Below, piece after piece: positions 20,990-33,551 of a DNA stretch of 64,000 bases. How positions within the stretch are numbered: the first letter of the stretch is position 1; each line of letters opens with the position of its first letter. Under the pieces are notes generated by a model. The model searched no databases. It saw only the letters and a list, made by a program, of their open reading frames with translations, and was not told the DNA's origin. A program made the translations under genes and the position numbers. The stretch spans positions 288,001 to 352,000 of the forward strand of contig CBDCQT010000005.1 of assembly GCA_965220745.1 (NCBI GenBank), written 5' to 3'. Origin of the DNA: Alphaproteobacteria bacterium (GTDB taxonomy: Bacteria; Pseudomonadota; Alphaproteobacteria; UBA828).

Positions 20990-22585
20990 ATGGCGTGGGA
21001 TTACATCATTGTCGGTGCGGGCTCGGCCGGGTGCGTGCTGGCGCACCGGCTCTCCGCCAAGCCGGGGAACAAGGTCCTGCTGCTGGAAGGCGGCGGCAAT
21101 GACACCTCCCCCCTGGTGCGGATCCCCGCCGGCGAGATCAAGGCCATCCTGAATCCTCGCTTCAACTGGATGTACATGAGCGAGCCCGACCCCACGCTCA
21201 ACGGGCGCGACGCCATGTGGCCGGGCGGCAAGGTGCTCGGCGGGTCGAGCTCCATCAACGGCATGATCTACCTGCGCGGCCAGCACGAGGACTACGACGA
21301 CTGGGCCCGCCTCGTCGGCAACACCGGCGCGTGGAGCTACCAGGACGTGCTGCCCTACTTCAAGCGCATGGAGACCAACCCGCTCGGCCCGAGCGAATAC
21401 CACGGGGACAGCGGCCCGCTCGTCGTCTCCGACGTGCCGACGCCCCATCCGCTGGTCCGCGTCTTCATCGAGGCGGCCAAGGAGCTCGGCATCCCCTTCA
21501 ATCCGGACGTGAACGGCGAGCGCCAGGAAGGCGCCGGGCCCCATCAGGGGACGATCCGCTTCGGCCGCCGCAACAGCACGGCGCGCGCGTATCTGAGGCC
21601 GGTGATGGACAGGCCCAATCTCAGCGTCGAGACCGAGGCGCGGGTGGACAAGGTGCTGTTCGAAGAGGGGCGCGCCTGCGCGGTCGTCTACAGCCGGGGC
21701 GGCGAGAGGCGCGAGGCCACGGCGGACGGCGAGATCATCCTCTCCGCCGGCGCCATCGCCTCGCCGGCGATCCTGCTGCGCTCAGGCATCGGGCCCGCAG
21801 CCGATCTCTCCGATTTCGGCATTCCCGTGGTCGCGGAGTCGCCGGGGGTCGGCAGCAACCTGCAGGAGCATCCGGTCGCCTGGGTGGCGGGCTATGTCGA
21901 CATCAGCACCTACAACACCGAAGTCACGGCCGCCGGCTGGGTGAAGCACGGCCTCAACTGGCTGCTGCGCGGCAAGGGGCCGGCCGCGAGCCCCATCTCC
22001 CAGGCGGTGGCCTTCGTCCGCACCCGGCCGGAGGAGGAGGACCGCCCGGACATCCAGCTCCACTTCACCCCGACCGGCTACGAGTTCGGCCCGGACGGGA
22101 TCAAGCTCCTGGACCGCCCCGGCGTCACCATTCCGGCCAACGTCTGCCGGCCCAAGAGCCGCAGCAGGCTCACGCTCCGCTCGGCCGACCCGAACGAGCC
22201 GCCGCGCATCTTCTCGAAGCTGCTCGACGACGAGGACGACGTGAGGCGCATGGTCGACGGCTGCAAGGTCTCGCGCGCGATCTTCGAGAGCAAGGCCTTC
22301 AAGCCGCACTTCCAGGGCCTGTTCCTGCCCGCGCCCGACGTGCGGAGCGATGACGAGCTCGAAGCCTACGTCCGGCAATACACGCTGCCGGCCTATCATC
22401 CCGTCGGCACCTGCAAGATGGGCATCGACGACATGGCGGTGGTGGACCCGGAGCTGCGGGTGCGCGGGGTCCAGGGACTGCGCGTGATCGACGCTTCGAT
22501 CATGCCGGTCGTGCCGAGCGCCAACACCAATGCGCCGTCCATCATGGTCGGCGAGAAAGGCTCGGACCTGGTGCTGGGCAGTTAG
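20990..22585 (+). CDS. GMC family oxidoreductase (choline dehydrogenase-like)
   Basis: '[15 protein letters not shown]', '[18 protein letters not shown]', '[10 protein letters not shown]', '[10 protein letters not shown]...NTNAP'. Confidence 0.92.
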   Translation: MAWDYIIVGAGSAGCVLAHRLSAKPGNKVLLLEGGGNDTSPLVRIPAGEIKAILNPRFNWMYMSEPDPTLNGRDAMWPGGKVLGGSSSINGMIYLRGQHEDYDDWARLVGNTGAWSYQDVLPYFKRMETNPLGPSEYHGDSGPLVVSDVPTPHPLVRVFIEAAKELGIPFNPDVNGERQEGAGPHQGTIRFGRRNSTARAYLRPVMDRPNLSVETEARVDKVLFEEGRACAVVYSRGGERREATADGEIILSAGAIASPAILLRSGIGPAADLSDFGIPVVAESPGVGSNLQEHPVAWVAGYVDISTYNTEVTAAGWVKHGLNWLLRGKGPAASPISQAVAFVRTRPEEEDRPDIQLHFTPTGYEFGPDGIKLLDRPGVTIPANVCRPKSRSRLTLRSADPNEPPRIFSKLLDDEDDVRRMVDGCKVSRAIFESKAFKPHFQGLFLPAPDVRSDDELEAYVRQYTLPAYHPVGTCKMGIDDMAVVDPELRVRGVQGLRVIDASIMPVVPSANTNAPSIMVGEKGSDLVLGS

Positions 22586-23469
22586 ACGGCCTGTGCGATG
22601 CGGGCGGGATCGCCGATGTCGAGGGTGGTGACGCGGCGCATCTCGCGCCGGTGCCAGGTGTCCTCGAACGGGCGGGCGCGGTGCATCGTGGCGCGGTTGT
22701 CCCAGATCACGAAGTCCCCGCGTCGCCACGAGTGCCGGTAGACGAGCTCGGGCGCTGTCGCGTGCTCCATGAGGTCGCGGAGCAGGAGCCGGCCGTCCGG
22801 GATCGGCCGGTCTAGGATCCGCGACGCGTGCGATGCGAGGTAGAGGGAGCGCCGCCCGGTGCGCGGGTTCTCCAGCACCAGCGGCTGGATGGCCCCCTTG
22901 AGCTGGTCGCTCTCCTCCTCCGAGAAGTCGAAGCCGAGCGTGATGCGCGAATAGGCGATCGAATGGTGCACGCGGAGGCCTTCGAGCTTCGCCTTCGTCT
23001 CGTCTGCCAGCGTGTCGTAGGCGGCCCGCATATCCGCGAACTCCGTGTCGGCCGCGACCGGCGGCAGTGCGACGGCGGCGAGCATCGAATAGCGACCGCG
23101 CGGGTCCTGAAACGATGCGTCGGTGTGCCAGAGGCGGTTCGCGAGGCCGTACAGGCGTTTCCGGCTGTCCGATTCCAGGACCTCTCCGCTCGCATCGACG
23201 TTCGAGACATCGGTGATGGCCTCGTCGCCGAAGCGGCTCTTCTGCAGGACGCTGATGCCGGTCTTGCGGTGGAGCTCGCCGTCGAGCCGGATGGCGAAGT
23301 CGCGCTGCTCCTCGCTGGAGAACGCCTGGTCCCGGAACACGAGCACCGCGTGCTCGTCCATGCCGGCCCGGATCCGCTCCAGATTCTCCTCGTCGTGCAC
23401 GGCGCGCAGATCGAGCGCGCTCACCTCGGCGGCGAAGAGCGGGTGGAGCTTGCGGAACTCGAGTGTCAT
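22582..23469 (-). CDS. TauD/TfdA family Fe(II)/2-oxoglutarate dioxygenase
   Basis: 'WHTDASF' (HxD), 'TEFADMRAAYD', 'IWDNRATMHRA'. Confidence 0.9.
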   Translation of the reverse strand: MTLEFRKLHPLFAAEVSALDLRAVHDEENLERIRAGMDEHAVLVFRDQAFSSEEQRDFAIRLDGELHRKTGISVLQKSRFGDEAITDVSNVDASGEVLESDSRKRLYGLANRLWHTDASFQDPRGRYSMLAAVALPPVAADTEFADMRAAYDTLADETKAKLEGLRVHHSIAYSRITLGFDFSEEESDQLKGAIQPLVLENPRTGRRSLYLASHASRILDRPIPDGRLLLRDLMEHATAPELVYRHSWRRGDFVIWDNRATMHRARPFEDTWHRREMRRVTTLDIGDPARIAQAV

Positions 23470-24389
23470 CGGGTCTTACCTGACTGCGGGCCCGTTTCGA
23501 TGGGCAGGGCGGGGTCTTGTGCCCAATCGCCCATCGACCCGTCGTAGAGGGTGAGGTCAGTGTAGCCGAGTTGGTGGAGGAGGAAGAGGCCTACGGTGGC
23601 GGAGATGCCGCCGCCGCAATAGGCGACGACGTGGCGGTCCGGGGTGATCCCGGCGTCCTCGTGCAGCCGCTTTGCCTCGTCCAGCGGCACGAAGGCCCCG
23701 TTCGACGGATCGAGCAGCGTCGCGGCAGGCACGTTGACGCTCCCCGGAATCCGGCCCGGACGACCGTAGCGGCTGGGCCCTTCGCCGAGATGGAACTCGG
23801 GTGCGAGCGCGTTCACCGCGACGGTGTCGGCATCGCCGAGCCGGGAGAGCACGTAGTCGCTGTCCACGAATTGACCCGGCTTGAGCCGAGCGGTGAAGCG
23901 CGCCGGCGGGTACCGGCCCGGCGTGGAGGAGACGGGGCGTTCCTCCGCTTGCCACTTCTCCCAGCCGCCATCGAGCACCGCCGCACGGTCGAAGCCGAAG
24001 GCGCGCAGCATCCACCAGACCCGCGTCGCCCACATGATGCTGCCGGCGGAATAGAGCACGACGCGGGAGTCGTCCCCGATGCCAAGCCCGCCCATGGCTT
24101 CTGCGAAGCGCGCGGCCGACGGCGCCATGAACTTGAGTCGCGTGTCCGGGTCGGAAATCGTTCCTTGGATGTCGAGGAAGACGGCGCCGGGGATATGCGC
24201 CGCGTCGTACTCGGCCCGGCCCGGAACGACGCGGTAGGGGGAGTCGTCGCCGGGCTCGGCCGGCTTGAGCCAGGTGGTGCAGTCCACGATGCGAAGCTCG
24301 GGCGCACCGAGGCTCGCCTCGAGGGCGGCAGTCTCGATGAGTGCGCCCGGCTCGCGCCAATGCGAGAGGTCGGCTCGGCCATCGGTCAT
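23466..24389 (-). CDS. Two-domain rhodanese/sulfurtransferase (SseA-like)
   Basis: 'HIPGAVF', 'ATRVWWML', 'LDGG', 'GRIPGS', active site 'YCGGG', 'LYDGSM.DW'. Confidence 0.88.
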   Translation of the reverse strand: MTDGRADLSHWREPGALIETAALEASLGAPELRIVDCTTWLKPAEPGDDSPYRVVPGRAEYDAAHIPGAVFLDIQGTISDPDTRLKFMAPSAARFAEAMGGLGIGDDSRVVLYSAGSIMWATRVWWMLRAFGFDRAAVLDGGWEKWQAEERPVSSTPGRYPPARFTARLKPGQFVDSDYVLSRLGDADTVAVNALAPEFHLGEGPSRYGRPGRIPGSVNVPAATLLDPSNGAFVPLDEAKRLHEDAGITPDRHVVAYCGGGISATVGLFLLHQLGYTDLTLYDGSMGDWAQDPALPIETGPQSGKTR

Positions 24390-24421
24390 CGACGGTCTCC
24401 CTTGTCTTCTGGTTGGCGCAA

Positions 24422-25195
24422 CTAGCCCGGTGGCAGCCCGGCGGTGAGCCCGCCGTCGATCACCAGTGCCGTGCCGGTGACCCAGCGGGCCTCGTCGGAG
24501 GCGAGATAGAGGAACGCGGACGCGATCTCGTCGGGCTGGCCCATGCGGCCCAGCGGGTGAGCGGCATTGACCGCCGCCCGGCTCGCCGCCGGGTCGTCCT
24601 GCGCGTCGAAGTACTCATTCACCATCGGCGTCTCGACGAAGCCGGGGCAGACGCAGTTCGCGCGGATGCCGTGGGCGGCGCCGTCGAGGGCCATGCACTT
24701 GGTCAGCATCACGACTCCCGCCTTGGCGGCGGAATAGCCGTGTTGGCCGGCCATGCCGATGACTCCGGCGACCGAGGCCGTGTTCAGGATGGTCCCGCCG
24801 CCGACCTCGACGAAGCGGGGCCATATCGCCCGGCTGGCCCGGTAGATGCTGGACAGGTCGAGGTCGATGACGCGATCCCATTCGTCGGCCGCGAGGGTCT
24901 CGACGGTGCCGATCGTCGGAATCGCGGCGTTGTTCACGAGGATATCGACGCCTCCCAGCGTCTCCCACGCGCGATCCGTCATGGCGGCGACGGAGGCGTC
25001 GTCTCCGACGTCGGCGACGAGGCTGACCGCCGTTCCTCCCTGGGCGCGGATCGCGGCTGCGTGCTTTTCCGCGCCGGCGCCGTTCAGATCGGCGATCGCG
25101 ACAGCCGCGCCCTCCGCCGCGAAGCGCTCGGCGGTCGCGGCGCCGATGCCCGAAGCAGCGCCGGTCACCAGCGCCCGTTTGCCTGCCAAACGCAT
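24422..25195 (-). CDS. SDR family oxidoreductase
   Basis: 'TGAASGIG', 'NNAA', 'YSAAKAG', 'NCVCPG'. Confidence 0.9.
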   Translation of the reverse strand: MRLAGKRALVTGAASGIGAATAERFAAEGAAVAIADLNGAGAEKHAAAIRAQGGTAVSLVADVGDDASVAAMTDRAWETLGGVDILVNNAAIPTIGTVETLAADEWDRVIDLDLSSIYRASRAIWPRFVEVGGGTILNTASVAGVIGMAGQHGYSAAKAGVVMLTKCMALDGAAHGIRANCVCPGFVETPMVNEYFDAQDDPAASRAAVNAAHPLGRMGQPDEIASAFLYLASDEARWVTGTALVIDGGLTAGLPPG

Positions 25196-25217
25196 CGACG
25201 CCTCCCTTTCGATCCGT

Positions 25218-26402
25218 CTACCAGAGCCGCTCGGTGGCGAGCGCGGCGCCGTCTGCGAGCATGCGGAGCTTAGCCCAGGCCACGTCGTCGGCCACGAACT
25301 GGTAGCTCGCGAAGGTGCTGAAGCCGCAGTCGGTGCCGGCGATGACGCGGTGCTTGTCGCCCATCACGTCGGCATAGAGGCAGATGCGGTCGGCCACCAC
25401 CTCCGGGTGCTCCAAATAGTTGGTGGTCACGTCGATCACGCCGGGGATCAGGATCATGGGCTCGGGCGGCGGGTTGGCCTTGAGCACCTTCCACTCGTGC
25501 TGATGGCGCGGGTTGGAGCAGGCGAGGCTGAGCGCGCCGACCTTGGCCTCGTAGAGCAGCGGCAGCAGCGGCGCGAGGTCGCAGTCGTCGATGTGGGGGC
25601 CGTCCCAGTTGCCGAAGCAGACGTGGAGGCGGCTCTTCTCCGCCGGGATGTCGGCGACGGCCACGTTGAGCGCCCTGATGTGCAGTTCCACCCGCTCCAG
25701 GAACTCGTCGAGCGGGCGGTCCTGGAACATGAACTGACGCTCCATGGCAAGGTCAGGGGCGTCGATCTGCAGCAGATGGCCCGAAGCGACGATCGCGTCG
25801 TACTCCTTTTTGAGCTCGTGGCCGAGCGCCATGACGTAATCCTCGTCGCGCGGATAGTCGGGATTGTCGTCTGCGCGCAGCATGGTGGTGGAGACGATGC
25901 CGGGGGAGGCGGCGGTGACGAACGTCTCGGCGAAGCTTCCTGCGGAGCGCTCCAGCGACGCCGCGAAGTGGTCGAGCTCGAAGGTCACGTCGGCAAGATC
26001 GGGCTCGTACTCGACGGCGGTCTGCGCCTGCGGCGCGTTCCAGACCTTCGGTCGCTCCTTGTCCCGGCTCCAGGTGCGCTCGCTGAACATCTGCGCGTAA
26101 CCAGGGAACTTGACCATGTCGGTGAGCATCTTGCGCTGGGATTCGCCGCCGAAGCCCGACATGCGCTGCGGCACGTAGGTCTGGAAGCCGACGCGGGACT
26201 CCTCACCGTCGTTGCCGATATCGACGCCGCTCTCGATCTGCTTGGCGACGACCCAGTCGATGCCGTTGGCGACTGCCTGCGCGAAGGCCGCCTGGTCGAT
26301 GGCCTCGCCCCGCTCGCGCTTGATCAGCAGCGTCTCAAGGCCCAGCGGGCGGGGCAGGCTGCCGGCGTGGGTGGTGAGCATGCGGTCTTCGCTGGTCAAC
26401 AT
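25218..26402 (-). CDS. Cobalamin-independent methionine synthase II-like (single-barrel; epoxyalkane:CoM transferase-related) zinc enzyme
   Basis: 'TTHAGSLPRP', 'DGE', 'LQIDAPDLAM', Zn ligands 'LHVCFGNWDGPH', 'HEW', 'GTDCGF', 'WAKL'. Confidence 0.85.
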   Translation of the reverse strand: MLTSEDRMLTTHAGSLPRPLGLETLLIKRERGEAIDQAAFAQAVANGIDWVVAKQIESGVDIGNDGEESRVGFQTYVPQRMSGFGGESQRKMLTDMVKFPGYAQMFSERTWSRDKERPKVWNAPQAQTAVEYEPDLADVTFELDHFAASLERSAGSFAETFVTAASPGIVSTTMLRADDNPDYPRDEDYVMALGHELKKEYDAIVASGHLLQIDAPDLAMERQFMFQDRPLDEFLERVELHIRALNVAVADIPAEKSRLHVCFGNWDGPHIDDCDLAPLLPLLYEAKVGALSLACSNPRHQHEWKVLKANPPPEPMILIPGVIDVTTNYLEHPEVVADRICLYADVMGDKHRVIAGTDCGFSTFASYQFVADDVAWAKLRMLADGAALATERLW

Positions 26403-26553
26403 GGGTGCGCCTCCCGTCGGTTCCGCCACGTCTGCGGAGTGTCGCGGGCCGCTCGCGGGGACGCAACCGGCACATTCCCGTTCATTCCGCCCTTGCGGCC
26501 GCGCGCGAAATCTTTCTAATGGAGCGCTCTCCAGGTGTGCAAAGGGGGCGAGG

Positions 26554-28287
<1,734 letters not shown>

Positions 28288-28330
28288 GGACGGCACACCG
28301 TTCTCACTTTGAACTCAGTGCGGCCCGGAA

Positions 28331-28447
28331 CACCCCCTCCTCACCCCGGCCCTCTCCTCCCCGGCGGGGAGGAGAGGGAGAGTAAGCGGTGCCACCTGCG
28401 TTCCCCCTCCGCCCTCCGGGGGGGAGGGGGACAGGGGGAGGTGGGTG
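28331..28447. repeat. REP-like paired palindromic element between convergent genes
   Basis: CCTCACCCCGGCCCTCTCCTCCCCG-G-CGGGGAGGAGAGGG followed by an inverted degenerate partner CCCCCTCCGCCCTCCGGGGGGGAGGGGGACAGGGGGAGG. Confidence 0.7.
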
Positions 28448-28450
28448 TCA

Positions 28451-29752
<1,302 letters not shown>

Positions 29753-29762
29753 CTCATCCTCC

Positions 29763-31409
29763 TCAATCGGCGCTCTCGCCGTCATGGATGGTGTTCAACA
29801 CTTTGTAAGCAGGAAGCGTCAGGAAGTCGGGGAAGCCATTCCCTGTCCCGACCTGGGTGAAGAGGGCGACCGCATCGTCGAAGTGCCCCTCCTCGTAACG
29901 GGCCTCGCCGAGCACATCCTTGAGGGCTGCGACCTCCTCGGCGACCAGCCGGTCCACCAGCGCCCAGTCGACCGCGCGGCCGTCCGTGAGACGCGCGCCG
30001 TGGCGCAGGCACTGCCAGAGCTGGGCACGGCTGATCTCGGCGGTGGCCGCGTCTTCCATCAGGTTGTAGAGGGGCACGGCGCCGCGGCCCGCGAGCCACG
30101 CCTCGATGTACTGGATGGCGACGCGGATGTTGTTGCGCAGCCCCTCCTCGGTGAGCTCGCCTTCCGGGACGGCGAGCAGATCGGCCGCGGTCACGGTCAC
30201 GTTGCCGAGCTGCCGCGACACCTGATTGGCCTCCGGCATCGACCGGTCGAAGACTTCGCGCGCGATCGGCACGAGCCCCGGATGGGCGACCCAGGTGCCG
30301 TCGTGGCCGTCTCCGGCCTCGCGCTCCTTGTCCGCGCGGACCTTGCCGAATGCCTGCTCGTTCGCCGCATCGTCGCCCTTGATGGGGATCTGCGCCGCCA
30401 TGCCACCCATCGCGTGCGCGCCGCGCCGGTGACAGGTCTTGATCAGGAGCCGGCTGTAGGCGCGCATGAAGGGCTGGGTCATGGTGACAAGGCCGCGGTC
30501 CGGCAGCACCCAGCCGGGACGGTTTCGGAAGGTCTTGATGACGCTGAAGATGTAGTCCCAGCGCCCGCAGTTGAGGCCGACGATGTGGTCCTTCAGCGCG
30601 TGCAGGATCTCGTCCATCTCGAAGGCTGCGGTGATGGTCTCGATCAGCACCGTGGCCTTGATCGTGCCGACGGGAAGCCCGAGTTCCTCCTGGGCCGCGA
30701 CGAAGACGTCGTTCCAGAGCGACGCCTCTTCGTAGTGCTCCAGCTTGGGCAGGTAGAAGTAGGGGCCAGAGCCACGCGCCCGCAGCTCCGCCGCGTTGTG
30801 GAAGAAATAGAGCCCGAAATCGAACAGGCTCGCTGACGCCGGGCGGCCGTCGACGATGAGGTGCGCCTCCTCCAGATGCCAGCCGCGCGGGCGGACGATC
30901 AGCGTCGCCGTCTCGTCGCCCAACGCATAGGACTTGCCGGAGTTGGGGTCGGTCATGGCGATGGTGCGGCGGGACGCATCGCGCAGGTTGACCTGGCCCG
31001 CGATCATCGCCTCCCAGGTGGGCGATGCGGCATCCTCGAAATCGGCCATGAAGCACGAGGCGCCGCAGTTGAGCGCGTTGATGATCATCTTGCGATCGAC
31101 CGGGCCGGTAATCTCCACCCGTCGGTCGGCGAGGTCCGCCGGCGTGCCTGCGATGGTCCAATCGCCCTCGCGGATCGCCTTGGTGTCGGGCCGGAAGGCC
31201 GGGTTTTCGCCGGCGTCGATGCGGGCCTGGAACGCCGCGCGGGCCTCCAGCAGACGCCGTCGCTCGCCGCCGAAGCGGCGCTCCAGCATGGCGACGAAGG
31301 CGCAGGCCTCGTCGGTCAGGACTTCGGCGAGGCCAGGGACGGCGGGCCCGTTGATCTCGATTCCAGCGTTCATGGGCGCTTGGTCGTCCCCGCTATGGCT
31401 CTCCGGCAT
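29763..31409 (-). CDS. aceB: Malate synthase A
   Basis: '[19 protein letters not shown]', 'VRPRGWHL', '[11 protein letters not shown]', '[16 protein letters not shown]'. Confidence 0.96.
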   Translation of the reverse strand: MPESHSGDDQAPMNAGIEINGPAVPGLAEVLTDEACAFVAMLERRFGGERRRLLEARAAFQARIDAGENPAFRPDTKAIREGDWTIAGTPADLADRRVEITGPVDRKMIINALNCGASCFMADFEDAASPTWEAMIAGQVNLRDASRRTIAMTDPNSGKSYALGDETATLIVRPRGWHLEEAHLIVDGRPASASLFDFGLYFFHNAAELRARGSGPYFYLPKLEHYEEASLWNDVFVAAQEELGLPVGTIKATVLIETITAAFEMDEILHALKDHIVGLNCGRWDYIFSVIKTFRNRPGWVLPDRGLVTMTQPFMRAYSRLLIKTCHRRGAHAMGGMAAQIPIKGDDAANEQAFGKVRADKEREAGDGHDGTWVAHPGLVPIAREVFDRSMPEANQVSRQLGNVTVTAADLLAVPEGELTEEGLRNNIRVAIQYIEAWLAGRGAVPLYNLMEDAATAEISRAQLWQCLRHGARLTDGRAVDWALVDRLVAEEVAALKDVLGEARYEEGHFDDAVALFTQVGTGNGFPDFLTLPAYKVLNTIHDGESAD

Positions 31410-31506
31410 TGCGAGCTACTCCTTGCGTGTTGCATCGCAATACGACATGAATGTCGCGCGATGCGGTGAAAATGTCTATAACTTGTTGTAAAAAAACGTG
31501 TATTTT

Positions 31507-31527
31507 ATTCACATTTAGTATGTGAAT
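31507..31527. promoter_or_regulatory. Inverted repeat in the AT-rich aceB/regulator divergent promoter region
   Basis: ATTCACAT-TTAGT-ATGTGAAT inside an AT-rich tract (~31465-31560). Confidence 0.5.
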
Positions 31528-31604
31528 CGTTGTGGTGCTGTAAATTCGGTAAAATTGCGTGGCCGCGCACGGGGCGCGGCCGTCGCTACAATACGGAGAA
31601 GGCC

Positions 31605-33041
31605 ATGCAAGGCAAGGTCATGGCAGGCCAAAGGGTACGCCGGCTCCGCCGGGAGCGCGGGCTGACCCAGGCGCGCATGGCAGCGCAACTCGGAATCTCC
31701 ACGAGTTACCTCAATCTGATCGAGCGCAGCCAGCGCCCGGTGACGGTTCCTTTCCTGCTCAAGCTCGGCCAGGCCTTCGACATCGACCTTCAGCGCTTCG
31801 CGGAGGACGACGAAGGGCGGGTCACCGCTCAGCTCCGGGAGGTCTTCGGCGATCCGCTGTTCGCACGCAGCCAGGTGAGCGACCAGGACATCCGCGACGC
31901 GGCCCAGGCAAGCCCGGCGCTCGGCGATGCCGTCATCCGCCTCTTCGGCGCCTACCGCGACCTGCTGGAGAACACGGCGAACATTGCAGAGGGTCTCGGC
32001 GACGCTGCGACGAAAGGCACGCCGGCGCCGTTAACGAGGGCTGCCGGAATTCCGAACGACGCGGTGCATGATTTTATCCAGGCCCGGTCCGGCTATTTTC
32101 CCGAGCTGGAGGAGGCCGCCGAGCAGCTCTGGGCCGACGCGGGCCTCGATGCCGATGGCCTCTACGAGGGGTTGCGCGCCGTCCTCACGGACGCCCACGG
32201 CCTTAAGGTCCGCATCATGCCCGCGCACGTCATGCACGACCTGGTCCGGCGCTACGACCGCCACGGCCGGCGCGTGCTGCTTTCCGACGCGCTGGCGCCG
32301 GAGGAACGGGTCTTCCAACTGGCCTTTCAGGCCGCGGTGCTCGGCTGGCGCGATCTGCTGGACGACATCGCCGGCGAAGCGGGCCTTCAAGGGGAGGCGC
32401 GCCACCTCCTGGTGATCGAGCTCGCAAGCTATTTCGCCGCGGCCTGCGTTATGCCCTACGAGCGCTTCCACGAGGCCGCCGAGGCGCTCGAATACGACAT
32501 CGATCTCTTGGGCCGGCGCTTCGGTGCGTCGTTCGAGCACGTCTGCCGCCGGCTTGTCACCCTGCAGCGGCCGGGAGCCAAGGGCGTGCCGTTCTTCCTC
32601 GTCCACCTCGACTGCGCCGGCAACGTGCTGCGCCGCTTCGACGCGGGCGGCTTCCGCTTCGCCCGCTTCGGCGGGCTCTGTCCGCGCTGGGGCGTGCACC
32701 GCGCCTTTCAGTCTCAAGGGGAGAACCGCCTCGACCTGGTCGAGATGCCCGACGGCGCGCGCTTCCTCACCATCGCCCGCGCGCTCTCGCGGCCGGGCGC
32801 CGGCCACGCGCTGCCGGGCCAGCAACTGGTCATTGCCATCGGCTGCCCGCTCTCCCACGCGAGCCGTCTGGTCTACGGCGCGGGCCTCGACCTCGAGCGC
32901 CCTGCGGGGGCCGTTCCCATCGGCATCAACTGTCGGCTGTGCGATCGCGCCGACTGCACGGCGCGCGCCTTCCCGCCGCCGGGCCGCCGCCTGATCGTGG
33001 ACGAGAACCAGCAGGGACTGACGCCCTACTTCTTCTCCTAG
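31605..33041 (+). CDS. ramB: Short-chain fatty acyl-CoA regulator (ScfR/RamB family; XRE HTH + IrrE-like + C-terminal domain)
   Basis: 'GLTQARMAAQLGISTSYLNLIE..QRPVT', 'YFAAA..MPY', 'RRLVTLQRPG.KGVPF', 'IGINCRLCDR..C..RAFPP'; divergent from aceBA. Confidence 0.85.
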   Translation: MQGKVMAGQRVRRLRRERGLTQARMAAQLGISTSYLNLIERSQRPVTVPFLLKLGQAFDIDLQRFAEDDEGRVTAQLREVFGDPLFARSQVSDQDIRDAAQASPALGDAVIRLFGAYRDLLENTANIAEGLGDAATKGTPAPLTRAAGIPNDAVHDFIQARSGYFPELEEAAEQLWADAGLDADGLYEGLRAVLTDAHGLKVRIMPAHVMHDLVRRYDRHGRRVLLSDALAPEERVFQLAFQAAVLGWRDLLDDIAGEAGLQGEARHLLVIELASYFAAACVMPYERFHEAAEALEYDIDLLGRRFGASFEHVCRRLVTLQRPGAKGVPFFLVHLDCAGNVLRRFDAGGFRFARFGGLCPRWGVHRAFQSQGENRLDLVEMPDGARFLTIARALSRPGAGHALPGQQLVIAIGCPLSHASRLVYGAGLDLERPAGAVPIGINCRLCDRADCTARAFPPPGRRLIVDENQQGLTPYFFS

Positions 33042-33214
33042 AGCGTTTCCGTCTTGCACGGAAACGCTCTAGCTTCTTTGTCGTTCACGGCAGCCGGCCT
33101 ACGGCCGGCGCCTCCGCGTCGCGCGTCCACGCGCGCGGGCGCGCGATGGCGCCGCAGGAGCGGCGGGCCGCGGTTGCGGCCTGTCGCATGTCCGTCAAAG
33201 ACGGACATGCTCTA
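33039..33214 (+). repeat. Structured dispersed repeat, copy 2
   Basis: TAGAGCG...TGCTCTA ends; same hairpin series as copy 1 with an extra hairpin insert. Confidence 0.88.
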
Positions 33215-33235
33215 AGCCACTCCCCGTCCGCCACC

Positions 33236-33486
33236 CCGGACCATGGTGCGGTGCACGGCGCGCGGTGGTTGCGCCAGTATCGCGCCATGAGGAGCAAGTT
33301 CATTCAGTGCGAAAGCGAGCGGGCCGCGGTGGGCGATCGGACGTTCAAGCAGTCCGCACCGTTGTCCGCGTCGCAACGAGAGACGGCCGCCGCTTTGGTC
33401 CACCTTGGGCCGCGCGTCTCGGACCACCTTGGGCCACCTTGGGCCGCTTTGGGCCGGAGTAGGCCGGAATAGGCCGCCTTAAAACC
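33236..33486 (+). repeat. Second dispersed element, copy A (21-bp head plus 10-bp-periodic tail)
   Basis: CCGGACCATGGTGCGGTGCAC-N23-TCGCGCCATGA also present inverted at 51827-51881; CCACCTTGGG-type repeats at ~33400-33480. Confidence 0.6.
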
Positions 33487-33551
33487 TTCTTTCGGAACTT
33501 GCCGGGATTCTTCACCCGTCTCGGGCAGGCGGCGCGGCGCGACCTCGGCTG

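Noticed and set aside
28300-28314. GTTC-N7-GAAC resembling an alphaproteobacterial LexA box
   Set aside because: Not the GTTC-N7-GTTC direct repeat, and it lies between convergent gene ends rather than in a promoter
33398-33480. Short tandem CCACCTTGGG repeats as a possible CRISPR array
   Set aside because: Units are about 10 bp, with no unique spacers of CRISPR length and no cas genes
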